This document shows positions 29,251 through 39,652 of a stretch of DNA of 59,866 nt, in pieces. The stretch is from Candidatus Omnitrophota bacterium (GTDB lineage Bacteria > Omnitrophota > Gorgyraeia > VGKH01). Made by a program: the position numbers and the translations under genes. Positions within the stretch are counted from its first letter, which is position 1. Every line of letters starts with the position of its first letter. The notes under the pieces are model-generated. The model ran no database searches. It saw only the letters and a list, made by a program, of their open reading frames with translations, and was not told the DNA's origin. The stretch spans positions 101,890-161,755 of the forward strand of contig JBDRFF010000020.1 in the NCBI GenBank assembly GCA_043819095.1, written 5' to 3'.

Positions 29251-30486
29251 CTATCTTTTTCTTAAGATCAAACTAATAATTATCTTGGTTAACTTTTCGG
29301 AATTATGACGCAGGTAATCGGCTGTACTAATCAGGTTTCCTTCGACAACCGTACAACCTAGCTCCTTTATATTTTTACTATCAGCAACTACAGGAAAAGA
29401 CTTCTGTTGTTCATACTTCGATAATAATTCCTTTGGTACCTTGGCGGCTGTATTAACAACGCAGAAATTTACTATATCTTTTTTACCGGAATGAGAAATC
29501 AATGCCCGGATATGGTCAGATGCCTTGTATCCGTCTGTCTCTCCTGACTGGGTCATCACGTTACAGATATAAATTTTCATTGCCGAAGAATTAGCAATGG
29601 CATCTGTTATCCCTTTAATAAGTAAATTAGGAATTATGCTTGTATAAAGGCTTCCGGGTCCTAAAATAATTACTTCTGCTTCCTCGATTGCTTTAAGAGC
29701 CTCTTCTGCTGCAGGAACATCTTGAGGCGTCAGCGTTACCTTTCTTATAGGTAAATTTTTCTTTGGGATTTTGTCTTCACCTTTAATGCTAGAACCATCA
29801 GTGTATTCAGCGACTAATGTAACTCTTTCCAGTGTCGAAGGAATAACTTGTCCGCGAATCGCCAATACTTTGCTAGATTCCTTAACCGCTTCCTCAAAAT
29901 CACCGGTTACCTTCGTCATTGCCGTGATAAACAAATTACCAAAATTATGGCCCTCCAGCTCTCCGCCCTCTTTAAATCTAAATTGAAAAAGTTTCTGCAT
30001 TAGCGGCTCGGCATCAGCCAATGCGACCAAGCAGTTACGGATATCTCCCGGAGGCAAAACATCAAACTGTTCCCGAAGCCGGCCAGAACTTCCTCCGCTG
30101 TCGGCCACAGTAACGATTGCTCTAATGTTACTGGTAAATTCTTTGATACCGTGTAAGAGTACTGAAAGTCCTGTTCCACCGCCAACCACAACTATTTTAG
30201 GACCACGCTCAAGATGCCTTTTCTCATATAAAATGGTTGCTAAATCCTTATTGCCCGGCGGCAAGATTACTTTTATAAACGAACTGAATATTTTATATAT
30301 ACTAACAAAGATAAGAGCAATCCCTAAGATTACGGTTGTTAAATCGACGATCTTTCCCAAAATAAAAACCTCTGATATATATACGGCCGAACCTACGCCG
30401 ATCATTATTATGCCCAAAATAGCCAAGATAATCCATCTCTTGACTCCCATTCCAGGATAAAACCACTTAAAAAAAGAAATCTTCAT
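29251..30486 (-). CDS. yvcK: YvcK/GlmR (CofD-related) protein with N-terminal TM segments
   Basis: GGGTGLS, DSGGSSG, PPGDIRNC, GPGSLYTS, LRH. Confidence 0.9.
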   Translation of the reverse strand: MKISFFKWFYPGMGVKRWIILAILGIIMIGVGSAVYISEVFILGKIVDLTTVILGIALIFVSIYKIFSSFIKVILPPGNKDLATILYEKRHLERGPKIVVVGGGTGLSVLLHGIKEFTSNIRAIVTVADSGGSSGRLREQFDVLPPGDIRNCLVALADAEPLMQKLFQFRFKEGGELEGHNFGNLFITAMTKVTGDFEEAVKESSKVLAIRGQVIPSTLERVTLVAEYTDGSSIKGEDKIPKKNLPIRKVTLTPQDVPAAEEALKAIEEAEVIILGPGSLYTSIIPNLLIKGITDAIANSSAMKIYICNVMTQSGETDGYKASDHIRALISHSGKKDIVNFCVVNTAAKVPKELLSKYEQQKSFPVVADSKNIKELGCTVVEGNLISTADYLRHNSEKLTKIIISLILRKR

Positions 30487-30490
30487 ATTG

Positions 30491-30961
30491 TTAAACTTTC
30501 CTCTCGTCTTCCTGATTTATGATCCGGATAACACTTCTTTCATCTTTGGCGGCTTTTAAGTTTTCTCTGAAGTATTTGTCTTTCAGTAAGCGGGAGATTC
30601 TTGCCAGCGCTTTTAGATGCGGTCCGGCTGAATTCTGCGGAGCGACTAATAAAAAGAAAATATATACGGGTTCTCCGTCTAAAGAATCAAAATTAACGCC
30701 TTTCCTTGAAATTCCAAAGGCGGCAATAAGTTTTTTTACGCAATCGCTTTTACCGTGAGGTATTCCCACGCCTTGACCAATTGCGGTGGAGCCTAATGCC
30801 TCACGCGCCATAAGGATATCTATTAATTTATTTTTGTCGCGGCGCTCGATTTCGCCTGCGCCTATCAATAATTCTACTAGTTCTTTGATGACGCCTGGCT
30901 TGTCGGTTGATTTTAAATCTGTGCTGATTGCTTTCTTGGACAGAAAATCCATTGTCTTCAT
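30491..30961 (-). CDS. PTS EIIA (Fru/Ntr-type)
   Basis: RE..GSTAIG.GVGIPH, FDSLDG, HLKALA. Confidence 0.92.
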   Translation of the reverse strand: MKTMDFLSKKAISTDLKSTDKPGVIKELVELLIGAGEIERRDKNKLIDILMAREALGSTAIGQGVGIPHGKSDCVKKLIAAFGISRKGVNFDSLDGEPVYIFFLLVAPQNSAGPHLKALARISRLLKDKYFRENLKAAKDERSVIRIINQEDERKV

Positions 30962-31000
30962 ATTGTATCCTCCCTAAAAATATTTTAGAATAATAACATT

Positions 31001-31076
31001 TGGAGCGGGAGACGGGGCTCGAACCCGCGCCATCAACGTTGGCAACGTTGCACTCTACCAACTGAGTTACTCCCGC
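31001..31076 (-). tRNA. tRNA-Gly(GCC)
   Basis: GCGGGAG acceptor, CAACG-TTGCCAA-CGTTG anticodon arm, TTCGA loop, CCA encoded. Confidence 0.96.
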
Positions 31077-31098
31077 GTTAAATCCTTTTTCAAATTTA

Positions 31099-31180
31099 TG
31101 GGCGAGAGAGGAGTTGAACCTCCATGCCTTACGGCACATGGTCCTAAGCCATGCGCGTCTGCCAATTCCGCCACCCGCCC
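31099..31180 (-). tRNA. tRNA-Leu(TAG)
   Basis: CATGG-CTTAGGA-CCATG anticodon arm, long variable arm TGCC-GTAA-GGCA; CCA not encoded. Confidence 0.95.
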
Positions 31181-31189
31181 GAGCATAAC

Positions 31190-31265
31190 TGGTGAGCCAC
31201 CCGAGACTCGAACTCGGCACACCCGCCTTAAAAGGGCGGTGCTCTACCGGATGAGCTAGTGGCTC
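31190..31265 (-). tRNA. tRNA-Lys(TTT)
   Basis: CCGCC-CTTTTAA-GGCGG anticodon arm, TTCGA loop, CCA encoded. Confidence 0.95.
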
Positions 31266-31325
31266 GAAATCATAATTTGATAGAATGTTTTTCCGAACTA
31301 AATTCTGAGGGCTGACCCCTGATGA

Positions 31326-31889
31326 TTAACTAAACTGTGTTAATTCTTTTTCTTTATCTTCTAGGATTTGATCAATATTCTTGATGTATCTATCGATAAG
31401 CTTCTGAATTGCGTCTTGTCCTTTAAATCGGTCATCTTCAGCAATAACTTTATCGCTCTCTAATTTTTTTATAGAATCATTGGCCTCGCGGCGAATAGTA
31501 CGTAGTGAAATCCTACCTTCTTCAGCCATATTTTTGACGACTTTTGCTAATTCATCGCGTCTTTCTGTAGATAGCTGAGGGATCGAGAGACGGACGACCT
31601 TACCGTCGTTCATAGGAGTAATGCCTAAATTAGATTTTAATATTGCCTTCTCAATTTCTTTAAGCGCATTCAGATCCCAGGGCTGTATAACAATTAACCT
31701 GGCATCGGGAATTGATATCGAAGCAATCTGTTTCAAAAGCGTCGGCGTTCCGTAATAATCAATCCTTAATCCTTCAACTAAAGAAGGACTTGCGCGTCCG
31801 GTGCGAATCTCAGAAAATTCTCTTTTTGTTGCCTCGATTGCCTTCTTTATTCTTTCTTCAGTATTGTGGACTATCTCTTTTACTTTCAT
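31326..31889 (-). CDS. frr: Ribosome recycling factor
   Basis: IRTGRA, DYYG, QPWD, NDG, IRR. Confidence 0.97.
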   Translation of the reverse strand: MKVKEIVHNTEERIKKAIEATKREFSEIRTGRASPSLVEGLRIDYYGTPTLLKQIASISIPDARLIVIQPWDLNALKEIEKAILKSNLGITPMNDGKVVRLSIPQLSTERRDELAKVVKNMAEEGRISLRTIRREANDSIKKLESDKVIAEDDRFKGQDAIQKLIDRYIKNIDQILEDKEKELTQFS

Positions 31890-32605
31890 GTCACCACCGT
31901 TCCAATCTTTTCACCTTGAATAACTCTTTTTATATTTCCGGATTTTGTAAAATTAAAAATTATTATTGGTAGATTGTTATCCATGCAAAGGCTGACAGCT
32001 GTGGCGTCCATTACCTTTAATCTTTTTTTCAACAAGTCGATATATTTAAGTTTTGAAAATTTCTTTGCGCCCTTTATCTTGTTAGGATCGGCCGAATACA
32101 CTCCGTCAACTTTAGTTGCCTTTAAGATTACATCTGCGTTAATCTCTTTCGCCCGTAGCGCTGCTGTGGTATCCGTTGTGAAATAAGGATTACCTGTTCC
32201 TGCTACGAAAATAATGACTCTTCCCTTTTCTAAATGTCTGACTGCTCTTCGACGGATATAAGGCTCTGCAACTGCCTGCATCTGTATCGCAGTCAGAACG
32301 CGAGTGGGTACTCCGATTTTCTCCAATGCGTCCTGAAGCGCCAGCCCGTTTATCACGGTTGCAAGCATTCCCATATAATCGGCGACCGAACGATCAATGC
32401 CAAAACTATTGGATTGAAACTCGCCGCGAAAGATATTTCCTCCGCCGACCACTAGCGCAACCTGCACGCCTAAAGATTTTATCTCTTTAATCTGATTAGC
32501 AAAGGAATTACAGACCTTCAGATCGATCCCGTGTTTTTTAGCTCCCTGCAGAGCCTCGCCGCTTAATTTAAGGACAACTCTTTTGAATGCTGATTTTTTT
32601 GTCAT
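31886..32605 (-). CDS. pyrH: UMP kinase
   Basis: [32 protein letters not shown]. Confidence 0.98.
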   Translation of the reverse strand: MTKKSAFKRVVLKLSGEALQGAKKHGIDLKVCNSFANQIKEIKSLGVQVALVVGGGNIFRGEFQSNSFGIDRSVADYMGMLATVINGLALQDALEKIGVPTRVLTAIQMQAVAEPYIRRRAVRHLEKGRVIIFVAGTGNPYFTTDTTAALRAKEINADVILKATKVDGVYSADPNKIKGAKKFSKLKYIDLLKKRLKVMDATAVSLCMDNNLPIIIFNFTKSGNIKRVIQGEKIGTVVT

Positions 32606-33129
32606 TCCGCGCCGAGCTTATATCTTACAAACCTACGGATAATAATATTCTCGCCGATCTTGGCAACAATAGAAGATAAATAATCTTTAATAGTTAGATT
32701 CTGATCTTTTATGAATGCCTGCTCCATTAAACAATTCTGTTTATAAAATTCTTCCTTGTCCTTGACGCCCTTTAATTCTTCCTTTGGCACGTCTTCTCTT
32801 TTCAAAAACTGCGGCCGGGCCGCGGCAATCTGCATTGCGATATCTTTTGCGAATTTAGAGAAATCCTCATTCCTGGCCACAAAATCAGTCTCGCAATTTA
32901 CCTCAACTAAAACTCCGATTTTATTTCCTAAATGCACGTAAGATTCGATCTTTCCCTCGTTGGCGCTGCGGCCAGATTTCTTCGCGGCAATCTCTAGGCC
33001 TCGTCTTAGAAGCGCCTTTTTTGCTTTTTGGATATCTCCTTTTGTCTCAAGAAGCGCCTTTCTGCAATCCATTACTCCGCAGGAAGTCTCCTGTCTTAAT
33101 TGCTGTATCTGGTCTTTGGATATCTTCAT
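32602..33129 (-). CDS. tsf: Elongation factor Ts (short form)
   Basis: [26 protein letters not shown]. Confidence 0.96.
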   Translation of the reverse strand: MKISKDQIQQLRQETSCGVMDCRKALLETKGDIQKAKKALLRRGLEIAAKKSGRSANEGKIESYVHLGNKIGVLVEVNCETDFVARNEDFSKFAKDIAMQIAAARPQFLKREDVPKEELKGVKDKEEFYKQNCLMEQAFIKDQNLTIKDYLSSIVAKIGENIIIRRFVRYKLGAE

Positions 33130-33132
33130 AGT

Positions 33133-34008
33133 CTATTTTTTCTCCTTTGCTAGTGGGCTTCTGCGTTTTCTGGGAGGGTTAGAAAGGGTTTTCTTTTCTG
33201 CTTCCTTCGGCTTCTCTTCTTCGATTGCCTCACTTACCTCAATTACGGTTTTATCTTCTTCCGGAGCTACCTTAGCTTCCTCTTCTTCCTTAGGTTTTTC
33301 AATCGGCTTTTCCATTCTATCTAAGAATTTTTTTCTGCCCTCAACAATACTATCAGCCACGTAGGTTGTGATAAAACGGATCGAGCGCATCGCATCGTCA
33401 TTTCCCGGAATAGGATAATCGATATAATCTGGATCACAGTTTGTATCGATCAGACCAACCACGGGTATATTAAGTTTCTTTGCCTCCTTTACCGCAGTAA
33501 GTTCATCGTTGGAATCAATCACAAACACAGCCCCGGGCAGCTTCTCCATTTCTTTTACGCCGGAGAGGTTCTTGTATAATTTTTCCATTTGTTTAGTGAG
33601 TTTCGAAACCTCTTTTTTAGATAAACTCTCAAATGTTCCGTCGTCTCTCATGCGCTCTAAGTCTTTGAAATGTTTAACGGATTTTTTTATTGTCATGAAA
33701 TTAGTCATCAGCCCACCCAACCAGCGCCGGTCAACATAATACATTCCGCAACGTTTGGATTCCTGTCTTACTGTCTCCTGGGCCTGTTTCTTAGTTCCCA
33801 CAAAAAGAAACGTCTCACCTTTTGAAGCAAGATCAACTAAAAATTCCCTTGCTTCTTTCATTGCCTTAGCGGTCTTTTCTAGATCAATGATATAGATGCT
33901 GTTTCTTTCGCCAAAGATAAATTTTTTCATCTTGGGATTCCAGCGCTTAGACTGGTGCCCAAAATGCACCCCTGCTTCCAAAAGTTGCCTAACTAATTCG
34001 TCTACCAT
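33133..34008 (-). CDS. rpsB: 30S ribosomal protein S2
   Basis: AGVHFGH, WNPKM, RWLGG, PGNDD; charged C-terminal tail. Confidence 0.98.
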   Translation of the reverse strand: MVDELVRQLLEAGVHFGHQSKRWNPKMKKFIFGERNSIYIIDLEKTAKAMKEAREFLVDLASKGETFLFVGTKKQAQETVRQESKRCGMYYVDRRWLGGLMTNFMTIKKSVKHFKDLERMRDDGTFESLSKKEVSKLTKQMEKLYKNLSGVKEMEKLPGAVFVIDSNDELTAVKEAKKLNIPVVGLIDTNCDPDYIDYPIPGNDDAMRSIRFITTYVADSIVEGRKKFLDRMEKPIEKPKEEEEAKVAPEEDKTVIEVSEAIEEEKPKEAEKKTLSNPPRKRRSPLAKEKK

Positions 34009-34106
34009 AATTTAGCACACACTCCTTTTTATTTTTGCAAAAAAGTCCTTAACGATTAAAAATCTCAAAAATTAATGACTTTTAACGGGTTAGAATTGTG
34101 AAAATA

Positions 34107-34135
34107 AGTATAGCGAAAATTCGCATTTATTGCAA
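34107..34135 (-). promoter_or_regulatory. sigma70 promoter of the rpsB-tsf operon
   Basis: TTGCAA-17 nt-TATACT. Confidence 0.7.
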
Positions 34136-34288
34136 GAAATTTTATTAAATTTGTTTTAATGGCGAATTTTCGCCCTGAAAGCAATTTTTCATAAAAAAAG
34201 TGCCTTTTTTTCGGCACTTTTTGAGGGTTTTTAATGGGCTGACGTTTTGCGGATACTTGGCCACTAACAGACAAACGTCGGGATGTCT

Positions 34289-36082
34289 TTATTTTTGAAA
34301 CTGAGTATCGTGTAGTTTTTTATATAATCCAGCTCTGGAAAGGAGTTGTTCGTGGGTGCCGACATCAACTATCTTGCCTTTATCCAGAACGACAATTTTT
34401 TCTGCTCGCCTTATCGTGGATAATCTATGGGCGATGCAGAAGACCGTACGGTCTTCAATCAATTTATTTAGGGCTTCCTGAACCAGACGCTCTGATTCAG
34501 AATCTAACTGCGAGGTTGCCTCATCTAAAATTAGAATCGGCGGGTTCTTTAAAATGGCGCGGGCGATTGCTAATCGCTGTTTCTCTCCGCCGGATAACTT
34601 AAATCCCCTGTCTCCGATTACGGTGTCATAGCCTTGAGGCATCTTCTTTACAAAATCGTGGGCAAAGGCCTTTTTGGCTGCTGCCTCTATTTTATCCTGA
34701 GCTGACTCCGGCCTGCCGTAGGCAATATTTGCTGCGACCGTATCATTAAAAAGTATTGTCTCTTGGGTGACCATCCCGATTTGCTGACGTAAAGATTCCA
34801 ACGTTACATCTTTTATATCAGTTCCGTCAATGGTAATCCTGCCCTCTTGCGGATCATAGAATCTGCCAATGAGATTGGTTAAGGTGCTTTTTCCTGCACC
34901 CGTAGGCCCGACAAAGGCAATCATCTCGCCGTTTTTTACGTCGAGATTAATATCTTTCAATACATCCGGCGTATCGGGTTCATATCTAAAGCGGATATTT
35001 TCAAATTGGATACTATTCTTTAGAGTCGGCAATGCCGATGCACCTTGCTTTTCTTGCAGCGTGGGCACAGTATCTACGATATCGTTAATCCTGGCATTGG
35101 CGGCCAGGGCGCGCTGGGTTAAGGCATTTACTTGAGATAATTTCTTAAACGGACGGATTAAAGATAATAAAGCCCCTAAAAACAGCCCAAAAACTCCGAA
35201 GGAAAGCTTACCTGCTATGACCTCTTTTCCAGCTAAAAAGAATACTGAGATTCCGCAGAAAGCGCCGATAAATTCGGTAATGGGATTAAGCATGAGATTT
35301 CGCTTAATCGTCTTCATCTCAAGCTTGTAGTTTTCTTTGTTGTGGCTGGAAAATTTATCTATTTCGTAATTTTCCATATTAAAGGCCTTGACGATTCTCA
35401 CGCCTGAGATTGTCTCGGCTAAAAGCGAATTGATATCAGCCATGCGCTCCTGCTGTCGCTTGGTGAGCTGTCGTAATCTCCTGCCAAATTTTACCGTGGG
35501 GATTGCTACTAACGGAAATAATACAAGCGCGATTAGAGCCATCTTCCAGTGAATCGCAAAAATAATAAGGGTAAATAACATTATCTGGAATGACTGATAG
35601 AAAAGGTCGGTTACTCCGTAGCTGACGGCGTTTTCGATTGTCTTTACGTCGTTGGTGATGCGCGAGATTAGTTCACCGGTGCGTTTCTGGCTGTAGAAAT
35701 CCAAAGATAAATCCTGCAGTTTTCTATAAAGGATAAGCCGTACATCTCGGATAACACGTTGACCGATGTCAGACATAAGATATCCCTGCAGGAAGCTAAA
35801 CAAGCCTTTAAATAAAAACAACGCCAGCACCGACCAGGCCATTATGGTAAGCAGGTTAATCGGCTCAATGGCATTGATCTTATCGATGAAATTCATTACA
35901 AACTGCGGCATTTCGTTAGCAACTACTATCTTTTTGTTAGTCAATACCTTATCCGCCAAAGGCACGATCATGGAAAGCTGCGCTCCGTCGAAAATAGCAG
36001 TGAAAAACATACAAACTACTGCGAAAATCAGTATGCTTATGTGGGGCCTGATATACTTTATTAGTCGAAGATATTCTTTCAT
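34289..36082 (-). CDS. msbA: MsbA-like ABC exporter
   Basis: 6-TM ABC membrane domain + GPTGAGKST, LSGGEKQR, LDEATS; adjacent to lpxB. Confidence 0.82.
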   Translation of the reverse strand: MKEYLRLIKYIRPHISILIFAVVCMFFTAIFDGAQLSMIVPLADKVLTNKKIVVANEMPQFVMNFIDKINAIEPINLLTIMAWSVLALFLFKGLFSFLQGYLMSDIGQRVIRDVRLILYRKLQDLSLDFYSQKRTGELISRITNDVKTIENAVSYGVTDLFYQSFQIMLFTLIIFAIHWKMALIALVLFPLVAIPTVKFGRRLRQLTKRQQERMADINSLLAETISGVRIVKAFNMENYEIDKFSSHNKENYKLEMKTIKRNLMLNPITEFIGAFCGISVFFLAGKEVIAGKLSFGVFGLFLGALLSLIRPFKKLSQVNALTQRALAANARINDIVDTVPTLQEKQGASALPTLKNSIQFENIRFRYEPDTPDVLKDINLDVKNGEMIAFVGPTGAGKSTLTNLIGRFYDPQEGRITIDGTDIKDVTLESLRQQIGMVTQETILFNDTVAANIAYGRPESAQDKIEAAAKKAFAHDFVKKMPQGYDTVIGDRGFKLSGGEKQRLAIARAILKNPPILILDEATSQLDSESERLVQEALNKLIEDRTVFCIAHRLSTIRRAEKIVVLDKGKIVDVGTHEQLLSRAGLYKKLHDTQFQK

Positions 36083-36091
36083 GTGGGTGAA

Positions 36092-36135
36092 ATGATAGCA
36101 TAATATTTGACATCTGTCGAGACTTTTGTTATCAT
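36092..36135. promoter_or_regulatory. Overlapping divergent promoters (msbA / oxidoreductase-lpxB)
   Basis: + strand TTGACA(36107)-17-TATCAT(36130); - strand TCGACA(36120)-17-TATCAT(36097) with TG extension. Confidence 0.6.
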
Positions 36136-36144
36136 AGTGGAGCT

Positions 36145-37065
36145 ATGAATAAGCTTAATGTTGCAGTAATCGGATTGGGTCACTTAGGTTCAAAACATGC
36201 CAGAATTTATGCTGCTTCAAAGCAAGTAAATCTGATAGCTGTCTGCGATACCGACGAGCAAAAACTCCAAAACATAGCCGCAGACTTCAAAACAAAACCC
36301 TATTCAGATTTTAAAAAACTTCTATCGGATGAAAAAGTTGATGCGGTAAGCATCTGCGTTCCCACCGAACTGCATTTTGAAATCGCCCGGGATTGCCTTC
36401 AAAAAAACCTTCACTTATTAGTAGAGAAACCAATCACCACTACGGTAAAAGAAGCCAACAACTTACTGGCATTAGCAAAAAGGAGAAGATTGGTCTTCCA
36501 GGTCGGCCATGTTGAAAGATTCAACTCTGCCTTTCAGGCAATTAGGCGAATCGCAAAAAAACCTTTGTTTATTGAGTGCCACCGCTTAAGCCCTTTCCCG
36601 GGTAGGTCGCTGGATATCGGTGTGGTGCTGGATTTGATGATCCATGACATTGATATTGTCTTAGGTTTAGTCAGATCCAAACCAAAGAATATTGATGCGG
36701 TGGGCGTAAATGTATTAACCGAACATGAAGATATCGCTAATGTAAGAATTACCTTCGCAAACGGCTGCGTGTGCAACCTTACGGCTAGCAGGATATCCAA
36801 TGAAACTATGCGGAAAATCAGAATCTTTATAAAAGATACTTATATTTCCTTAGATTATGTAAACCAGGAAGCATTTATCTATAGAAAAGAAAACGAAAAG
36901 ATCAACTGCCAGCCGATGAAAATCGAAAAAGAAGAACCTCTTGTAAAAGAATTAGGGCACTTCCTGCACTGTATCATTAATAAGAGAAGACCAATCGTAT
37001 CCGGCCAGGAAGGCCGAGATGCATTGGATCTGGCAATCAAAATCAAAAACAAAATCTGGAAATGA
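36145..37065 (+). CDS. Gfo/Idh/MocA oxidoreductase, GnnA-like
   Basis: GLGHLG, VEKP, GHVERFN, DLMIHD; overlaps the lpxB start. Confidence 0.85.
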   Translation: MNKLNVAVIGLGHLGSKHARIYAASKQVNLIAVCDTDEQKLQNIAADFKTKPYSDFKKLLSDEKVDAVSICVPTELHFEIARDCLQKNLHLLVEKPITTTVKEANNLLALAKRRRLVFQVGHVERFNSAFQAIRRIAKKPLFIECHRLSPFPGRSLDIGVVLDLMIHDIDIVLGLVRSKPKNIDAVGVNVLTEHEDIANVRITFANGCVCNLTASRISNETMRKIRIFIKDTYISLDYVNQEAFIYRKENEKINCQPMKIEKEEPLVKELGHFLHCIINKRRPIVSGQEGRDALDLAIKIKNKIWK

Positions 37066-38201
37066 ACCAAAAAAAAATATTTATAATTGCGGGCGAAGTT
37101 TCCGGCGATATGCATGGTGCACATCTGGCCGAAGCTATTAAGTCTATAGATGGAAGTGTACAGATGTTCGGCATTGGTGGCGAAAAGATGCAAGATGCTG
37201 GGGTGAATATCCTCTATAACATCGTTGATTTAGCCGTAGTTGGTTTCGTTGAAGTAATAAAACACTATAACAAATTCAAAGAGATTTTTGATAACTTACT
37301 AAGAAAAATAGAAACCGAGCATCCTGACGCAGTAGTCTTAATAGACTATCCCGGTTTTAATTTAAGGTTGGCTAAAAAATTAAAAGAAAGAAATATCAAG
37401 GTCGTCTACTACATCAGCCCGCAGGTCTGGGCCTGGGGAAAGGGCCGCATAAGGCTTATCAAGAAAATTATCAATAAGATGATTGTGGTCTTGAAATTTG
37501 AAGAGAATATTTATAAAAAATACGGCGTGGATGTCGCTTTTATCGGCCATCCATTGATCGATGTGGTAAAGCCGCATACATCTAGAAAGGATTTTTTAAA
37601 GAGTTGTCATTTATCCGGCGATTTAAAAACTATCGCTCTTCTTCCCGGTTCAAGAGAAAAAGAGGTTGAGCGCATATTACCGGTTTCAATCAAGGCTGCC
37701 GAGATTATAAATGAAAAACTAAAAAATGTTCAGTTTATAATCTTAAGGGCTCCCACGATAAAACAAAAAATATTTGATGAATGCCTCAAAAAAACAAAAC
37801 TTCATATAAAGATCGTTAAAGATAAAAGTTATGACGGAATAAATGCATCGGACTTAGTCATTGCAGCATCCGGAACAGTAACTTTAGAAACTGCGATTTT
37901 AAATAAACCTGTTTTAATTTTATACAAACTCTCCTTCCCCACCTGGCTGATTATCAGGTGCCTTTTAAGAATCCGCAATGTTGGACTAGTTAATATCGTG
38001 GCAAGAAAACTTATAATGCCGGAGTTCATTCAGTTTAAGGCGCGCCCGCGAAGAATCGCACATCATGCGATCGATATCTTAACTAATAAAGAAAGAATCG
38101 AGAAAATGAATAAAGATTTAGCTGATTTGAAAGAATTACTGGGGGCTCCCGGAGCCAGCAGGCGGGCGGCAAAGATAGTGCTTGATACGATTAGGTCCTA
38201 A
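37062..38201 (+). CDS. lpxB: Lipid-A-disaccharide synthase
   Basis: AGEVSGD, IDYPGFN, SPQVWAW, GHP, LPGSR, SGT. Confidence 0.96.
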   Translation: MNQKKIFIIAGEVSGDMHGAHLAEAIKSIDGSVQMFGIGGEKMQDAGVNILYNIVDLAVVGFVEVIKHYNKFKEIFDNLLRKIETEHPDAVVLIDYPGFNLRLAKKLKERNIKVVYYISPQVWAWGKGRIRLIKKIINKMIVVLKFEENIYKKYGVDVAFIGHPLIDVVKPHTSRKDFLKSCHLSGDLKTIALLPGSREKEVERILPVSIKAAEIINEKLKNVQFIILRAPTIKQKIFDECLKKTKLHIKIVKDKSYDGINASDLVIAASGTVTLETAILNKPVLILYKLSFPTWLIIRCLLRIRNVGLVNIVARKLIMPEFIQFKARPRRIAHHAIDILTNKERIEKMNKDLADLKELLGAPGASRRAAKIVLDTIRS

Positions 38202-38971
38202 TAGGGCGACTTCTCTTCTCTAAATAAGTTATAAAATCCCGAAAGTTTTCCCCACATTCGAAAGACATTCGTATCGGAATTAGTCATCTTTATTCTTTTT
38301 AGGGCAAAGATATTTTTATTGAAGCGGCCCTCACCTCTATTAGTAGTGAAAGCGCCCCCATATCCAGCAGCTCTGACATGCTGGATTATCTTATCGCTAA
38401 AGCCACCGATGGGATAACAAAAATATTTGGCTTCTTTTTTCAGTCTTGCCTGGATATCAAGCTTGCTTCCTAAAATCTCATCATATAATTGGCTATCTTT
38501 TATCTCCGGAAGATATGCATGCGTACGCGTATGGGCACCGAAAGCGATATTATTCTGGCTCATCTCTAGAATCTGATCCCAAGAAAGATAACCTTCCTTT
38601 TCCAGCCACTTAGTAATGATAAAAATTGTCGCGGGAAAATTATATTTTTTGAAAAACGGATAAGCATAAATGTAATTATCATCGTAGCCGTCATCGATTG
38701 TAATGACAACGCTATTGCGCGGCAATTTGATATCTTTATTAATTGAATTAATTAATTCATCTACAGTTATTACATTGTAGCCCCTATCGTAGATATATTT
38801 CATCTGCATTTGGAAGTTTTCTGCCAGAACCGTCGGTGAGTCTTTATGGATTTCTTTGTCAATATGATGGTAAGCTAAAATGGGGACGACGTAAATATGC
38901 TCAGTACAAACAAGCCATCCCGCAAACATTAATGCGCCGATAAGAAAAGATATAATGAGGATTTTTTTCAT
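38198..38971 (-). CDS. Polysaccharide deacetylase (CE4)
   Basis: PILAYH, TIDDGY, HTRTH, YPIG. Confidence 0.9.
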   Translation of the reverse strand: MKKILIISFLIGALMFAGWLVCTEHIYVVPILAYHHIDKEIHKDSPTVLAENFQMQMKYIYDRGYNVITVDELINSINKDIKLPRNSVVITIDDGYDDNYIYAYPFFKKYNFPATIFIITKWLEKEGYLSWDQILEMSQNNIAFGAHTRTHAYLPEIKDSQLYDEILGSKLDIQARLKKEAKYFCYPIGGFSDKIIQHVRAAGYGGAFTTNRGEGRFNKNIFALKRIKMTNSDTNVFRMWGKLSGFYNLFREEKSPY

Positions 38972-39435
38972 TACTTTTGCTCTTCTTTTGGAGGCGCGAG
39001 CTTTTCTTTTACGAGGCTGCTGACCATTTTCCCGTCAGCGCTGTCCCCCACTTTAGCCATAACCTCTTTCATAACCTGGCCCATTTGTTTCATGTCTGTG
39101 GCGCCAAGGGACGAGACAACCTCATCGATTACTTTCTTAAGCTCATCATCAGAAAGTTGCTTAGGCAGATATAATTTTAGAATTTCGAGTTCTTTAGCTT
39201 CTTTATCAACCAGGTCCTGCCTATTTCCTTTTTTGAACTGCTCGATAGAATCCTGATGCCTTTTGACCTCTTGTTTGATTACACTAATTACGTCTTTATC
39301 TTCCAGTTTGTCTTTTTTCTTCTCCTTAGCAAGATTTTGCATCTGTGCCCTTAAGAAACTTAAAATCGATGATTTGGCCGTATCTTTAGCCAGCATTGCC
39401 GCTTTATAATCTTTTAGAATTTTTTCTTCTAACAT
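38971..39435 (-). CDS. GatB/YqeY domain protein
   Basis: DSIEQF..GNRQDL, YLPKQLS, MGQVM, ADG; ATG 39435 preceded by GAGGAGG. Confidence 0.92.
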   Translation of the reverse strand: MLEEKILKDYKAAMLAKDTAKSSILSFLRAQMQNLAKEKKKDKLEDKDVISVIKQEVKRHQDSIEQFKKGNRQDLVDKEAKELEILKLYLPKQLSDDELKKVIDEVVSSLGATDMKQMGQVMKEVMAKVGDSADGKMVSSLVKEKLAPPKEEQK

Positions 39436-39449
39436 CTCGATCCTCCTCA

Positions 39450-39632
39450 AATGAGCAGACGACTTACGGAAGTGCCAACGACGTAAGTCGTAGGCCTTTT
39501 AGGCCGTCTGCGAATTTGACCCCCCACCACTTTTAAGAATTCTAAGTTCAAAAAAGTGGTGGGGGGTAAGCTCAGACAAACAACTTATGTTCCTCCGACG
39601 TTTCGTCGGAGTCCATAAGTTGTGTCTTCGCT
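39450..39632. repeat. Three-hairpin element, copy E
   Basis: AATGAGCAGAC..GTCTGCGAA; CCCCCCACCACTTTT..AAAAGTGGTGGGGGG; right arm loop carries CTCCGACG-TTT-CGTCGGAG. Confidence 0.86.
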
Positions 39633-39652
39633 TATTATATCTGAATTTTTTC

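Noticed and set aside
30828-31220. 130-aa ORF
   Set aside because: Overlaps tRNA-Gly, tRNA-Leu and tRNA-Lys
31308-31321. AGGGGCTGACCCCT hairpin before the tRNA cluster as an integration scar
   Set aside because: Single short palindrome; no tRNA 3'-end duplication or integrase nearby
34065-34274. 69-aa ORF upstream of rpsB
   Set aside because: Spans the rpsB promoter, lacks an RBS, and has no recognisable features
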